A stretch of 25,002 bases of DNA, from positions 1-25,002 of the forward strand of contig JAAFKI010000121.1 of assembly GCA_021399345.1 (NCBI GenBank), written 5' to 3'. Under the pieces are notes generated by a model. The model saw only the letters and a list, made by a program, of their open reading frames with translations. It did not search any database and was not told where the DNA came from. The stretch's first letter is position 1; the number at the start of each line of letters is the position of its first letter. A program made the translations under genes and the position numbers. Source of the stretch: Candidatus Heimdallarchaeota archaeon. Its GTDB lineage: Archaea; Asgardarchaeota; Heimdallarchaeia; Heimdallarchaeales; Heimdallarchaeaceae. Below are positions 14,968 to 24,207 of this stretch, piece by piece.

Positions 14968-15044
14968 TTTTTGAAGATATAACGAAGTGCGATATATTTA
15001 TTAATTCTATTTTTTCAACTTAATATCAGAAGAATGGAGGTGTC

Positions 15045-15134
15045 ATGAGCAAAATGATCGCAAGTTTAACTTTACAAAAAATCACAATTGTTTGCAAAGA
15101 AACAGTCACTATGACACCTAAGCTACCATTATAA
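15045..15134 (+). CDS. Putative 29-aa leader/small peptide MSKMIASLTLQKITIVCKETVTMTPKLPL
   Basis: Strong GGAGGTG SD (15036-15042) just before ATG 15045, TAA at 15132-15134. Not in the ORF track. Confidence 0.45.
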   Translation: MSKMIASLTLQKITIVCKETVTMTPKLPL

Positions 15135-15148
15135 AATTCTCTCTTCGC

Positions 15149-15175
15149 TTTTACAATTTTTACAATTTTTACAAT
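15149..15175. repeat. Tandem repeat (TTTTACAAT)x3
   Basis: Three exact 9-bp copies between the small ORF and the RIO kinase gene. Confidence 0.8.
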
Positions 15176-15243
15176 TCTTTCTTTATTGCATTCACTTGTT
15201 ATCGTTTTGTCTTGACCCCTTTATTTGTGGAAGTGTATCAAAA

Positions 15244-16035
15244 GTGATAAACAGAGAATATTTAGAAAAAAGAGATACTTCAAGCGAAATAACTGAGATA
15301 TCTACAACACAAGCCTTAGCTGAGGCTATCGAAAATGGACTTTTGGTAGAAGCAAAACAGGTTATCGGTCAAGGAAAAGAAGCTTTCGTTTGTTGGGGTA
15401 TAGACAAATATGAGCGAAACATTGCTGTAAAGAGTTACAAACTCTATAGAACCACACATAGAGGGGTCATACATGGAACTTATCGTACTTCTCCATATGT
15501 AGTGGTAGCACAATTTGCTAAACTCGAATATTATAAGAATTTAGATCTTTTCAAAGCTAAGCTTCCTGTTCCTCAACCATTCAAATATGCAGGTTTTAGC
15601 TACTCGATGAAGCTAATAGGAGATGAAAATGGTCCCGCTCCCCTTTTAAGAGATTTAAGTAAAAATTTTTTTGAGGATCCATCTGAAATACTAGAACAAT
15701 GTGTAGACATACTTTACAATATGTTTCAAGCAAGATATGTTCATGGAGATTTTAGTGAACACAATCTTCTCTGGTATGACGATCAAGTTTTTGTGATTGA
15801 TTTTCTCCAATCAAAGAACTTTGCCTTAAAAGATTCTGTTGGATACGGTTCTCCTCTTATTCCATTAACAAGAGCATATAGGATTCTAAAGAAAGACCTG
15901 AATTCTCTTCTACCTTTTTTCAAAAGATTGTTTAGAATTGAAGTAGACTATAACGAGGTGTTAAATTATATTTTAGGAGATGTCAAAGAAAAAATAAATC
16001 GAGAACTCGAACTACAACTAGAAACTAGTTCTTAA
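15244..16035 (+). CDS. RIO-family atypical Ser/Thr kinase/ATPase
   Basis: IGQGKEAFV, AVKSYK, EYYKNL, LPVPQP, VHGDFSEHNLL and VIDFLQS. Start is uncertain (GTG 15244 vs TTG 15196). Confidence 0.88.
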   Translation: MINREYLEKRDTSSEITEISTTQALAEAIENGLLVEAKQVIGQGKEAFVCWGIDKYERNIAVKSYKLYRTTHRGVIHGTYRTSPYVVVAQFAKLEYYKNLDLFKAKLPVPQPFKYAGFSYSMKLIGDENGPAPLLRDLSKNFFEDPSEILEQCVDILYNMFQARYVHGDFSEHNLLWYDDQVFVIDFLQSKNFALKDSVGYGSPLIPLTRAYRILKKDLNSLLPFFKRLFRIEVDYNEVLNYILGDVKEKINRELELQLETSS

Positions 16036-16051
16036 TCTCCTCTTTTTTTTT

Positions 16052-16732
16052 CTATATTTCTTTTATTTGTTTAAGAGTACCTAAACCATATTTGTCATCA
16101 AGCTTAGTTAAAACTGATTCAATCTTATTGATTTTCTTAGTAGCTTTTTCTTTTGAAATGTAACCAGATTTAAGTTGAAACTTAACTTTCATCATATCTG
16201 CCCAAGCTGCTAATCCCCTATCTTCTGGTTCTTCTAAAGCTATTTTAGAAGTATCTTCTAATGTTGTTATAGAAACCTCAACATCCCCTTTAATGAACTC
16301 ACTAACTCCTAAAAGCCACTTTGCCCAGAGCAAAGGAACTTTTTCACCAATGTCTTGTCTAATCTTATAGTCAGCTAACGCTGCCCGATAACCTGGTTCA
16401 ATGAATTTCGAATCTACACCATCGTCCATATTTGGGAAACAGCAAGAAGCAACATTGTGATTTAGCTTTCCAGCAGTTAGTTTATCTCCGTTTTCTAGAG
16501 CATAGCCAATAGCAATTTGTGAAAACTGAATAATTTCATCCATTGTTTCAATTTGCTTCCCTACTGGAGGCCAGTTTCCTCCTAGTTTTCTGAGTTGGTT
16601 TTGGACATTAAGAAGAGCTGTAAGTACATCTCTCTCATTATCGTAAATTTCTGTAAAAAAGAGTAAAATATCCGCTTGATTTCCACTCCTAATCAAGTTA
16701 AGAACCTTCTCTGCTATTTCTTGTGGTTCCAT
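16052..16732 (-). CDS. Hypothetical alpha-helical (TPR-like) protein
   Basis: Long ORF with an amphipathic helical-repeat character and no recognised family. Confidence 0.6.
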   Translation of the reverse strand: MEPQEIAEKVLNLIRSGNQADILLFFTEIYDNERDVLTALLNVQNQLRKLGGNWPPVGKQIETMDEIIQFSQIAIGYALENGDKLTAGKLNHNVASCCFPNMDDGVDSKFIEPGYRAALADYKIRQDIGEKVPLLWAKWLLGVSEFIKGDVEVSITTLEDTSKIALEEPEDRGLAAWADMMKVKFQLKSGYISKEKATKKINKIESVLTKLDDKYGLGTLKQIKEI

Positions 16733-16787
16733 TTGTATCAAGATAAAAAGGCAAGAAGTCTATTTATATTCTTTTGAAGACAAGATT

Positions 16788-17603
16788 TCATCCTAAAGTA
16801 TAATGGAATATAAGAAAGAAGATATTTCCTACAAGAATATTGACAATATACCCAATTAGTAAAAATACAATCCCAGGGGGTAGAACTTTTACCCAAATTT
16901 TCTTTCTTCCTGTTTTTTCTATATCATCTTCTACTTCCTTCTTGAATTTCTCTTCCTCTTCAATTTCTACAACTTGCATGAAGTGTTTAATCTCCCATTT
17001 GTCCTTGGTTTCATCGAACACTTCTGAATAAACAATATCTTGTCTATTCTTAGCTTTTTCAACAGGAGTGAGATAACCTGAAATTAGCATCAGAATCTTT
17101 TCTGCAAAATTACCTTCAGTTTTTTCAAATAGATTATTACCTCTTGCCTTACGATAAATGTTGTAGAATAGCAGTGGTAGTGGATAAAAAACTACCATTG
17201 CGAGCAACCAATTGAAGAAAGTATTGAAAATGGATGGGACCCAATTGTATATTGGGATTTGTAAGATTGCAAAATTAAAGAAATAAACTGGAGTATTGAA
17301 AGATAGTGCCATTACAGCTTTAGCATCAGCACCGCCCATTACTCCTGTGTAGTAAAGCAATAAACCCATAACAATTCCTACTCCAACATTGATACCAAAC
17401 ATAGTTCCCGCTTTGCCTTTATCCTCTGCAAAGATTATGAGAACTATAGATGTTATAACTCCTGTAACAATCATAACCAACCAAGGAATATCTGAGACTT
17501 CACGTTTAATTAAATCCATAATTGATCCAAAGAGTAAACATGCAATTACAATAGACATCTGAATATACAGCATAGTCTGATAAACAATCATCGGGTCCGC
17601 CAT
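16788..17603 (-). CDS. Prepilin/preflagellin peptidase, A24 family (FlaK/PibD-like)
   Basis: Catalytic Asp motifs MDLIKREVSD and MGGADAK, multiple TMs, and an A24B-type C-terminus IWV...P.IVFL. Confidence 0.88.
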   Translation of the reverse strand: MADPMIVYQTMLYIQMSIVIACLLFGSIMDLIKREVSDIPWLVMIVTGVITSIVLIIFAEDKGKAGTMFGINVGVGIVMGLLLYYTGVMGGADAKAVMALSFNTPVYFFNFAILQIPIYNWVPSIFNTFFNWLLAMVVFYPLPLLFYNIYRKARGNNLFEKTEGNFAEKILMLISGYLTPVEKAKNRQDIVYSEVFDETKDKWEIKHFMQVVEIEEEEKFKKEVEDDIEKTGRKKIWVKVLPPGIVFLLIGYIVNILVGNIFFLIFHYTLG

Positions 17604-17730
17604 TATACTTCAATCTTTTCAATAAGCAATATAATAAAAAACCTTACGTTACTTTTTGGAAAAATTGAAATAGCATAAATAAATCCCTTCTTAAATAGTA
17701 AATCATAAAATCAGATTCTGAGGGCTTTGC

Positions 17731-18522
17731 ATGTTTCACTCAAATTTTGAACAAATATCTATAGATTCATTGCCTGATTTAGTTAAGAGGTTAAATTCCG
17801 CTGTAGGAGAAAAGATGATTATTCTTTCTGGAAGATGTTCTGCAACATTTGATGGAAGAATTAAGTCATATTTAGGTGATGGGGATAGATTATTGGTGAT
17901 CAAGAGAGATCTATCTATAATCATGCATGGGCCAATAGGTGTGAAACCTCTGAATTGGCAAAAACCACAAGCTGGGCCTATAAGATTTTCTCAAAAAGAA
18001 ACATATTTGGAAATGTTAACTGAACGAGTAAAAACAAAAGAAGTTCTTGTGATAGATTTTTCCCATATTGCTTTCGTTGCCTTATGGCATGCTCAAGATG
18101 AAATAGAAATGACAATTTATGGAGATGAAAGTGATTTAGTGAAATATTTGGTCACTAATCCAGACCTAATTGAACCAGGATTTCAAGTTATCAGAACTGA
18201 ATACAACACAGATGTTGGTCCTGTCGATATTAGAGGTATGGGAAAAGATGGTGAGATAATTGTAGAAGTAAAGAAAAGAAATGCTTCTCCAGCAGATGCT
18301 CATCAACTTAAAAGATACATAGAGTATTTTGTTGAAAAGGAGAAAAAGGCTGTAAGAGGAATACTTGTGGCACCTAATTTTCCAGATAAGGTCCTGAAAT
18401 ATCTAAAAGAAAATAACTTAGAATCTAAACAAATCCCTTGGGATCAGGTGTTTCCAACTATTAAAAGATCAAAAAGTGCTCAACTAGAAGATTTTTTTCA
18501 AGAAAAAAAGAATGAAAAATAG
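17731..18522 (+). CDS. nucS: Mismatch-specific endonuclease NucS/EndoMS
   Basis: GDRLLVIK.D.S...H...GVKPLNWQ N-domain and a RecB-like nuclease with E.DL, GPVDI, VEVKK, QLKRY and RGILVAP. Confidence 0.93.
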   Translation: MFHSNFEQISIDSLPDLVKRLNSAVGEKMIILSGRCSATFDGRIKSYLGDGDRLLVIKRDLSIIMHGPIGVKPLNWQKPQAGPIRFSQKETYLEMLTERVKTKEVLVIDFSHIAFVALWHAQDEIEMTIYGDESDLVKYLVTNPDLIEPGFQVIRTEYNTDVGPVDIRGMGKDGEIIVEVKKRNASPADAHQLKRYIEYFVEKEKKAVRGILVAPNFPDKVLKYLKENNLESKQIPWDQVFPTIKRSKSAQLEDFFQEKKNEK

Positions 18523-18525
18523 GGA

Positions 18526-18855
18526 TTACTGAGATCCACATTGTTGTTCTGGTAAAACAGCCCAAAGGATAATATATATCCAGAAAGTAGCAGTTCCAAA
18601 TATAAGACCTAATATCATTAGTAATCTAACTAAGCCAACATCTAAGCCGAAATATCTCGCTAATCCAGAACTTACACCACCAATTTGCTTATCATCTGAA
18701 CATCTAACAAGTTTATCAGGACGTGTACGTTGAATAGGTTGTGCAGGAACAGCTTGCTGTTCAGGTTGTGCAGGAGCACCTTCTAATTCTCTACCACATT
18801 TTCCGCAGAAACTAGCGTGATCTGCGTTTTCAGTTCCACATTGAGGACAAATCAT
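18526..18855 (-). CDS. Zinc-ribbon + PspC domain membrane protein
   Basis: CPQCG...FCGKCG, a P/Q-rich linker, then PspC motif L.R..DDKQIGGV.SGLA.YFG.D...VR...YIILW...P. Confidence 0.88.
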   Translation of the reverse strand: MICPQCGTENADHASFCGKCGRELEGAPAQPEQQAVPAQPIQRTRPDKLVRCSDDKQIGGVSSGLARYFGLDVGLVRLLMILGLIFGTATFWIYIILWAVLPEQQCGSQ

Positions 18856-18990
18856 AGTTATCAACTAACATTTAGTGAAATCCCCCTTTAAAATGTATCC
18901 ATTAAAAGGGCTGAATCTTCCATATTTCAAGACCTTAAGAGATAATTTAGTGCATTAATTTTATATAGAAGTCAACGTCCTCTGAAATAT

Positions 18991-20010
18991 ATGGCTAAAG
19001 ACCCCTTTGTTGTAATTAATCCAAACGCGAATACTGGTAAATTAGGTAAAAAATTAGAAAAAGCACTTAAAATGACTAAAGAGCATATTGGTAATTTTGA
19101 CCACGCTGTCACAGAGGGGCCAAGGCATGAGATGGAATTAGCACAAAAAGCAATAATTGATGGATATAAGACTTTAATCGCTTTTGGTGGTGATGGAACT
19201 GCTACCAATATGGGTGATGTAATTGTCAATCACCCAGATGTGACATTAGGTTTAATATCTGCTGGATCTATGTGCGATTGGCACAAAACTCATTCTATCC
19301 CCTACAGCTTGGAGAAAAGTTTAGCCATCATAGCTGAAGGGCACAGTGAGAAATTCGCTGCAATTAAATGTAAAGGAGATAAAGAAACATACTCATTTGA
19401 TATGACTGATGGAGGATTTTCAGGAGAAGCTGCAGCTGCTGCTCATCATGAAATGAAATGGATGAAAATCGGGCCGATTAAATATAATTATCTTGCTCTG
19501 AAGTACGTAATTAAAACTAAAAACACTCCTTGCTCAGTTTCGATAGATGATCAAGAGCCGATTAAGATTGATGAACTATCAAACTTCTTTGTAGCTTTAG
19601 GAGATGATATTACTGGCTTTCATGTAATGCCAGGTAACCACGTTTTTTGTGATAAAAACAAGGATTTGGGACTAGGAATTGTCCATGGAAAGAAGGGATT
19701 CAGTAGAATAACCATGCTTGTAAAAGCAATTCCTGGAAACCATTTAGGTTTAGAAGGTGTATGGTTTTCTAGAGGAAGAAAGATTACAATTGAATCTCAT
19801 GAGGAACCTCTTTGTTGTGAAGCTGAAGGGGAAATCTATAATGAAGAGAGTTTGAAAGTTGAACTCGAGAGGGTTGATGACGCTATTAATCTTATAGTTC
19901 CAAAGGAACGCGAATATAAAATTGAATATGATGAATCATACTTCCATGAAAAATTCGAAGATTCCTTCGTAAAGCGCAAATATGAACGATTACCAGATTT
20001 TAAGAAGTGA
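18991..20010 (+). CDS. Diacylglycerol/lipid kinase family protein (DAGK/YegS-like), divergent
   Basis: VINPNA, T....H..ELA, AFGGDGT, and a C-terminal EAEGE corresponding to the DGE motif. Confidence 0.82.
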   Translation: MAKDPFVVINPNANTGKLGKKLEKALKMTKEHIGNFDHAVTEGPRHEMELAQKAIIDGYKTLIAFGGDGTATNMGDVIVNHPDVTLGLISAGSMCDWHKTHSIPYSLEKSLAIIAEGHSEKFAAIKCKGDKETYSFDMTDGGFSGEAAAAAHHEMKWMKIGPIKYNYLALKYVIKTKNTPCSVSIDDQEPIKIDELSNFFVALGDDITGFHVMPGNHVFCDKNKDLGLGIVHGKKGFSRITMLVKAIPGNHLGLEGVWFSRGRKITIESHEEPLCCEAEGEIYNEESLKVELERVDDAINLIVPKEREYKIEYDESYFHEKFEDSFVKRKYERLPDFKK

Positions 20011-20100
20011 TTCTCCTTAAAATCTATCCTTGTTGAAAAAAGATTTAAAAAAGTACATGCTTATTATTTACTAGCCACTATTTGCAAGCGGTGATAATTC

Positions 20101-20388
20101 ATGTCAAAAGACGAAATAAAGAACGCAATCTACATAGGTAAGAAAGGTACTATGAATTACTGTCTAGTAGTTGTTACAATCTTCAATAAAGGTGAAGAGG
20201 AATGCACAATACGTGCTAGAGGTAGATCAATTTCCAAGGCAGTCGATGTGGCAGAAATCACAAAACATAGATTTTTACCAGAAATAGTCGAAATTGCAGA
20301 TGTAACTATCGGTTCAGAAGTACTAGATAGTGATGGACAACCAAAAACAGTTTCTACCATAGATATATTAATGAAACGCAAAGTATAA
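20101..20388 (+). CDS. albA: DNA/RNA-binding protein Alba
   Basis: IYIGKKGTMNY, IRARGRSISKAVDVAE and VSTIDI. GGTGA RBS upstream. Confidence 0.95.
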   Translation: MSKDEIKNAIYIGKKGTMNYCLVVVTIFNKGEEECTIRARGRSISKAVDVAEITKHRFLPEIVEIADVTIGSEVLDSDGQPKTVSTIDILMKRKV

Positions 20389-20454
20389 TGGAAACAACTA
20401 TTCAAAATACAGTTGAAGGTTATCTTTTATTTTCTCTGCTTTTTATATTTTATA

Positions 20455-21195
20455 TTAGTGAAAGATTTGATTGATTACAACATCCAATTCAGGATCTTTT
20501 GGAGTTCCATCATAAGCAATAATTTTGTCTATGCATATAATTCTACTACAATAAGCTCTAAGCAACCCAAGATTATGACCAACAGTGACAATCGTTATTC
20601 CATGGGTGTGATTCAAGTAATCTAACAGCTCCATAACTTCCTCAGTCATTTTGAAATCAAGAGCACTTGTAAATTCATCTAAAAGCAATACTTCAGCTTC
20701 AGCTGCTAGAGCTTGAGCAATTAAAACTCTTTGTTGTTGCCCTCCACTTAAATGACCTATAGGACGTTCTAGCATGTGATCCATCTCGACAAGTTTCAGT
20801 GCATCAAGAGCTTTTTGCTTGTCTTCTTTTGTTAAAGACTTACCAATACCTGCTTTTGCATATCTCCCCATCTCAACAACATCTTTAACTAAAGCTGGGA
20901 AATTACGATCAATGTCTGATATTTGTGGGACATATCCAAACTTAAATTTAGTTTCTTTAGGGATTTTATCCTCAACTTTGTTACCAAACAAGGCTACTTG
21001 ACCAGTAAGAGGTTCCAATAGTCCCATAATCGTTTTTAACAGAGTAGTTTTTCCCGATCCATTAGGTCCACAAATACCTAGAAAATCACCTTTGCAAATG
21101 TCAACATTTACTTCATATAAAGCAACTAAATTACCGTATACTACATTGACATCCCTTAAACAAATAACAACATCTTGTGTAGCTTTAGAGCTCAT
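20455..21195 (-). CDS. Zn/Mn ABC transporter ATP-binding subunit (ZnuC-like)
   Basis: Walker A GPNGSGKT, YVPQ, signature LSGGQQQR, LLLDE and H-loop. Overlaps the permease stop (ATGA). Confidence 0.93.
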   Translation of the reverse strand: MSSKATQDVVICLRDVNVVYGNLVALYEVNVDICKGDFLGICGPNGSGKTTLLKTIMGLLEPLTGQVALFGNKVEDKIPKETKFKFGYVPQISDIDRNFPALVKDVVEMGRYAKAGIGKSLTKEDKQKALDALKLVEMDHMLERPIGHLSGGQQQRVLIAQALAAEAEVLLLDEFTSALDFKMTEEVMELLDYLNHTHGITIVTVGHNLGLLRAYCSRIICIDKIIAYDGTPKDPELDVVINQIFH

Positions 21196-22292
21196 TTCTC
21201 TTCCCCTCCAATATCATGTTCATGCCTTGTTAGAGACTTTTTCTTATCTAAATCGGTTTTATAGATAAGCAATCCCTTTTCATCATGTTTGTGAGGTATA
21301 TCTTTGGCTAAACAATTATCCTCTAAACAGTATTGTTTTCCTAAAATTGTTTTTGAGCAATAATCACAGTCAGCTACAACATGTCCTGTTCCTGATTTTC
21401 TTCTTTTTGGTGACAAAGCAAAAGAGACTATGAAAATTAATGTTGCCACTCCAACAATAGTTGAACCTGATGGCAAATCCCATAAATAGGAAATAGCTAC
21501 TCCTAGAAATCCAGATAACACACCAAAAAGACTTCCTAAAACAAGCATCTTCTTTAGCTTGAAAGTCCATTGATATGCAGCTGCAGCAGGTGTGATTATC
21601 ATAGCAAAAACTAAAATTGCTCCTACAGCTTTTAGGGAAATATCAATTGTTATAGCCATTAATGCAAGAAATAGATAATTAAGAAATCTTACTGGAATAC
21701 CAATGATAGCTGCCATTTCTTGATTAAACGTCATGAAGTATAGTTCTTTCTTTATACCCAAAATTATCAGCAGAACTGAAACTGCGACAAAGAATAAGAT
21801 AATCAGATTTTCTATGGAAACAAGGAAGATATTTCCAAACAGTATAGACCTTACGTCTGTTGAGTAAAAGGGCATGAGACCAATAAACAGAATTGCTAAT
21901 GCCATAAAACTTGTAAATACTATTCCAATTATCACTTCACTTTTCATTATCTTCTTTTCATTTACATAACCTACACCCATCGAAGCAATCAAACCAAATG
22001 CAATGATTGTGATAAGTGGATCAATACCTAGAAGAATTCCTAATGCAGCTCCTGCAAAAGCTGAATGAGCTATCGCCTCCCCAAGGAAAACCATTCCTTT
22101 TAGAAGTACAAAAACGCCTATTACTCCCCCTAAGACCCCTATGATTAACGCCGTTCCTAATGCTCTAATAAGAAAATTGTCAATAAATACTATAAATACA
22201 GTTATCAGCCCTCCTAGAACTACAATTGTAGCAATTGTTTTGAGAAGAAGTGATTCTTTGAAGGATTCAACAAATGTACTTACAACTGACAT
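21192..22292 (-). CDS. Zn/Mn ABC transporter permease (ZnuB/ABC-3) with a Cys/His-rich C-terminal tail
   Basis: GEAIAHSAFAG, ILFGNI, VGAILVFAMII.PAA and DLPSG.TI motifs. Confidence 0.92.
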   Translation of the reverse strand: MSVVSTFVESFKESLLLKTIATIVVLGGLITVFIVFIDNFLIRALGTALIIGVLGGVIGVFVLLKGMVFLGEAIAHSAFAGAALGILLGIDPLITIIAFGLIASMGVGYVNEKKIMKSEVIIGIVFTSFMALAILFIGLMPFYSTDVRSILFGNIFLVSIENLIILFFVAVSVLLIILGIKKELYFMTFNQEMAAIIGIPVRFLNYLFLALMAITIDISLKAVGAILVFAMIITPAAAAYQWTFKLKKMLVLGSLFGVLSGFLGVAISYLWDLPSGSTIVGVATLIFIVSFALSPKRRKSGTGHVVADCDYCSKTILGKQYCLEDNCLAKDIPHKHDEKGLLIYKTDLDKKKSLTRHEHDIGGEEK

Positions 22293-22373
22293 GAAATAAC
22301 TTATTCTTTCTAACTATTTGTTCATTGTGGTTTAACGACAAATAATAAATAAGTTCTTGGCAATGTAGCTTGA

Positions 22374-23390
22374 ATGAATCTAAAATTTAGAAGAGTCCTC
22401 TCTTTCACTTCGCTATTTATGTTCCTAGTTTCAACTTCTGTTATATCTGCAACAAACTTTGAACAAGGAGAAGATTACTCCTTTTCTGAAGAACCTACAG
22501 GTGAAATCAAAGTAGTTGCAAGTTTGTCAGTAGTTGCAGACTGGGCAGCTGAAATAGGTAAGGGTTTGTTTGTTCCAGCTGCTGTAGTTACTGGGGGCGA
22601 AGATCCTCATACTTTTGAGTTGTTACCTAGCGCTATAAAAATGATTTTAGAATCTGATCTTTTCATTATTATTGGACTGCCTGGACTTGAATCATGGATT
22701 GATTTAGAAGCTAGTGAATATTCTAGTTTGAATGTCTTATATTTAGCTACAGACGATATGATGGAAGTAGATCCCATCACAGGAAATACAAATCCTCATC
22801 TGTGGATGGATCCAAATTTGGCGAAAATTTTTACTCAAAACATTACTGATAAAGTTATTTTACTTGATATAGCTCATCAAACAGAGTATGAATCAAATAG
22901 AGATAACTATCTCGCAGAACTTGATGACCTATTAGTAAGTATACAAGAAACTCCTTTCAATCGAACTATTGGCTTGAAAGTAGTTGTACATCATCCATCT
23001 TTTCTCTACCTTCTGAATATATTAGGTGTTGAAAGAATGGGTGTTATTGAAGAACATGAAGGTTCTGAACCATCAGCTCAACACTTAGAGGAAATTGTTG
23101 AAACGATGATTACTGAAAATGTTTCTATTATTATTACACAGCCTCAGATTGAAGAGAAGCTGATAATTCAGATTGCGCGAGATACAAACGCTGAATTAGC
23201 AAAATTGACTCCTCTTCTAGGTATAAACAATATTTATACTTACATTGATATGATTGAGTACGATATTCTCTCTCTGCTGAATCCTGAAGCTGTGACAGAA
23301 AAAGGATGGGTATTAACAGCTTTCATAATTGGTATAAGTTTTTTCGGTGTAACTGTAATTGTGTTGGGTTATTATCGTTTCAAGAAGTGA
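22374..23390 (+). CDS. Zn/Mn ABC transporter substrate-binding protein (ZnuA/TroA cluster A-I) with a C-terminal TM anchor
   Basis: Signal peptide, His ligands in DPHTFE, NPHLWMDP and VHHPSF, EPSAQHL, and a C-terminal TM followed by RFKK. Confidence 0.92.
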   Translation: MNLKFRRVLSFTSLFMFLVSTSVISATNFEQGEDYSFSEEPTGEIKVVASLSVVADWAAEIGKGLFVPAAVVTGGEDPHTFELLPSAIKMILESDLFIIIGLPGLESWIDLEASEYSSLNVLYLATDDMMEVDPITGNTNPHLWMDPNLAKIFTQNITDKVILLDIAHQTEYESNRDNYLAELDDLLVSIQETPFNRTIGLKVVVHHPSFLYLLNILGVERMGVIEEHEGSEPSAQHLEEIVETMITENVSIIITQPQIEEKLIIQIARDTNAELAKLTPLLGINNIYTYIDMIEYDILSLLNPEAVTEKGWVLTAFIIGISFFGVTVIVLGYYRFKK

Positions 23391-23396
23391 AGTCTG

Positions 23397-24197
23397 ATGA
23401 ATGAAGAAGAAAAACCTTTTGCTGTTATAACCGGAGCATCAAGTGGAATTGGAGAAGCTTTTGCTAGAGGATTCGCTGTCATGGGATTTAATCTGATTAT
23501 TATAGCTCGAAGAGAAAATAAACTTCAAGAATTAGCTGCAGAATTACAAAAGAAATATGAAACTGCTGTTCTAACGATTAAAGCAGATCTTTCAAAAATT
23601 GAAGAAATTGATGCTGTTTATGATAAATTGAGAAAAACTGAAAATATAACTTTCCTAGTTAACAACGCTGGATATGGGATTCCAGGTAGCTTTATAGAAA
23701 GTGATTTGGCAAAACAAATAGATATGATTAATGTACATAATATTGCTAGTTTTCAGCTATGTAAAGCTGTTCTCCCTCAAATGGTTGAGAGAAACACTGG
23801 GACAATCATCAATGTATCTTCCATAAGTGGATTGATTGTAAAATATGGTAATGTAACTTATACAACAACTAAAGCTTTCTTGATAACTTTGTCTGAAGCA
23901 CTACAAGAGGAGCTGAAGCATACAAACATCAAAATTCAAGCTCTTTGTCCAGGGATGACTGAATCTGGTTTTCATGATACAAAAGAACTCGAGAAATTTG
24001 ATAGAACATCTGTCCCTAAGAAATTCTGGATGAGTTCAAATGAAGTTGCACAAAAATCTCTAGAAGCGTTATCAAAGAAGAAAACAGTTTATGTTCCAGG
24101 TTTTAGAAACAGATTAATTGTAACTTTGAGTAATAGCAAAATCTTTGGAAAAATAATAGAATCGTTAGCTAAAAGAAAATTATCTAAAAAGAAATGA
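23397..24197 (+). CDS. Classical short-chain dehydrogenase/reductase
   Basis: TGASSGIG, ARR, LVNNAG, YTTTK and LCPG motifs. Confidence 0.92.
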   Translation: MNEEEKPFAVITGASSGIGEAFARGFAVMGFNLIIIARRENKLQELAAELQKKYETAVLTIKADLSKIEEIDAVYDKLRKTENITFLVNNAGYGIPGSFIESDLAKQIDMINVHNIASFQLCKAVLPQMVERNTGTIINVSSISGLIVKYGNVTYTTTKAFLITLSEALQEELKHTNIKIQALCPGMTESGFHDTKELEKFDRTSVPKKFWMSSNEVAQKSLEALSKKKTVYVPGFRNRLIVTLSNSKIFGKIIESLAKRKLSKKK

Positions 24198-24207
24198 GAT
24201 TTCGAGT

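Noticed and set aside
18882-18910. CCCCTTTAA...TTAAAAGGG hairpin in a divergent intergenic region
   Set aside because: Imperfect and short, with no supporting context.
22298-22355. Imperfect inverted repeat in the divergent ABC promoter (AACTTATT/AATAAGTT and TATTTGT/ACAAATA) as a metal-regulator operator
   Set aside because: The arms are short, AT-rich and unevenly spaced, and back-to-back TATA elements explain them equally well.
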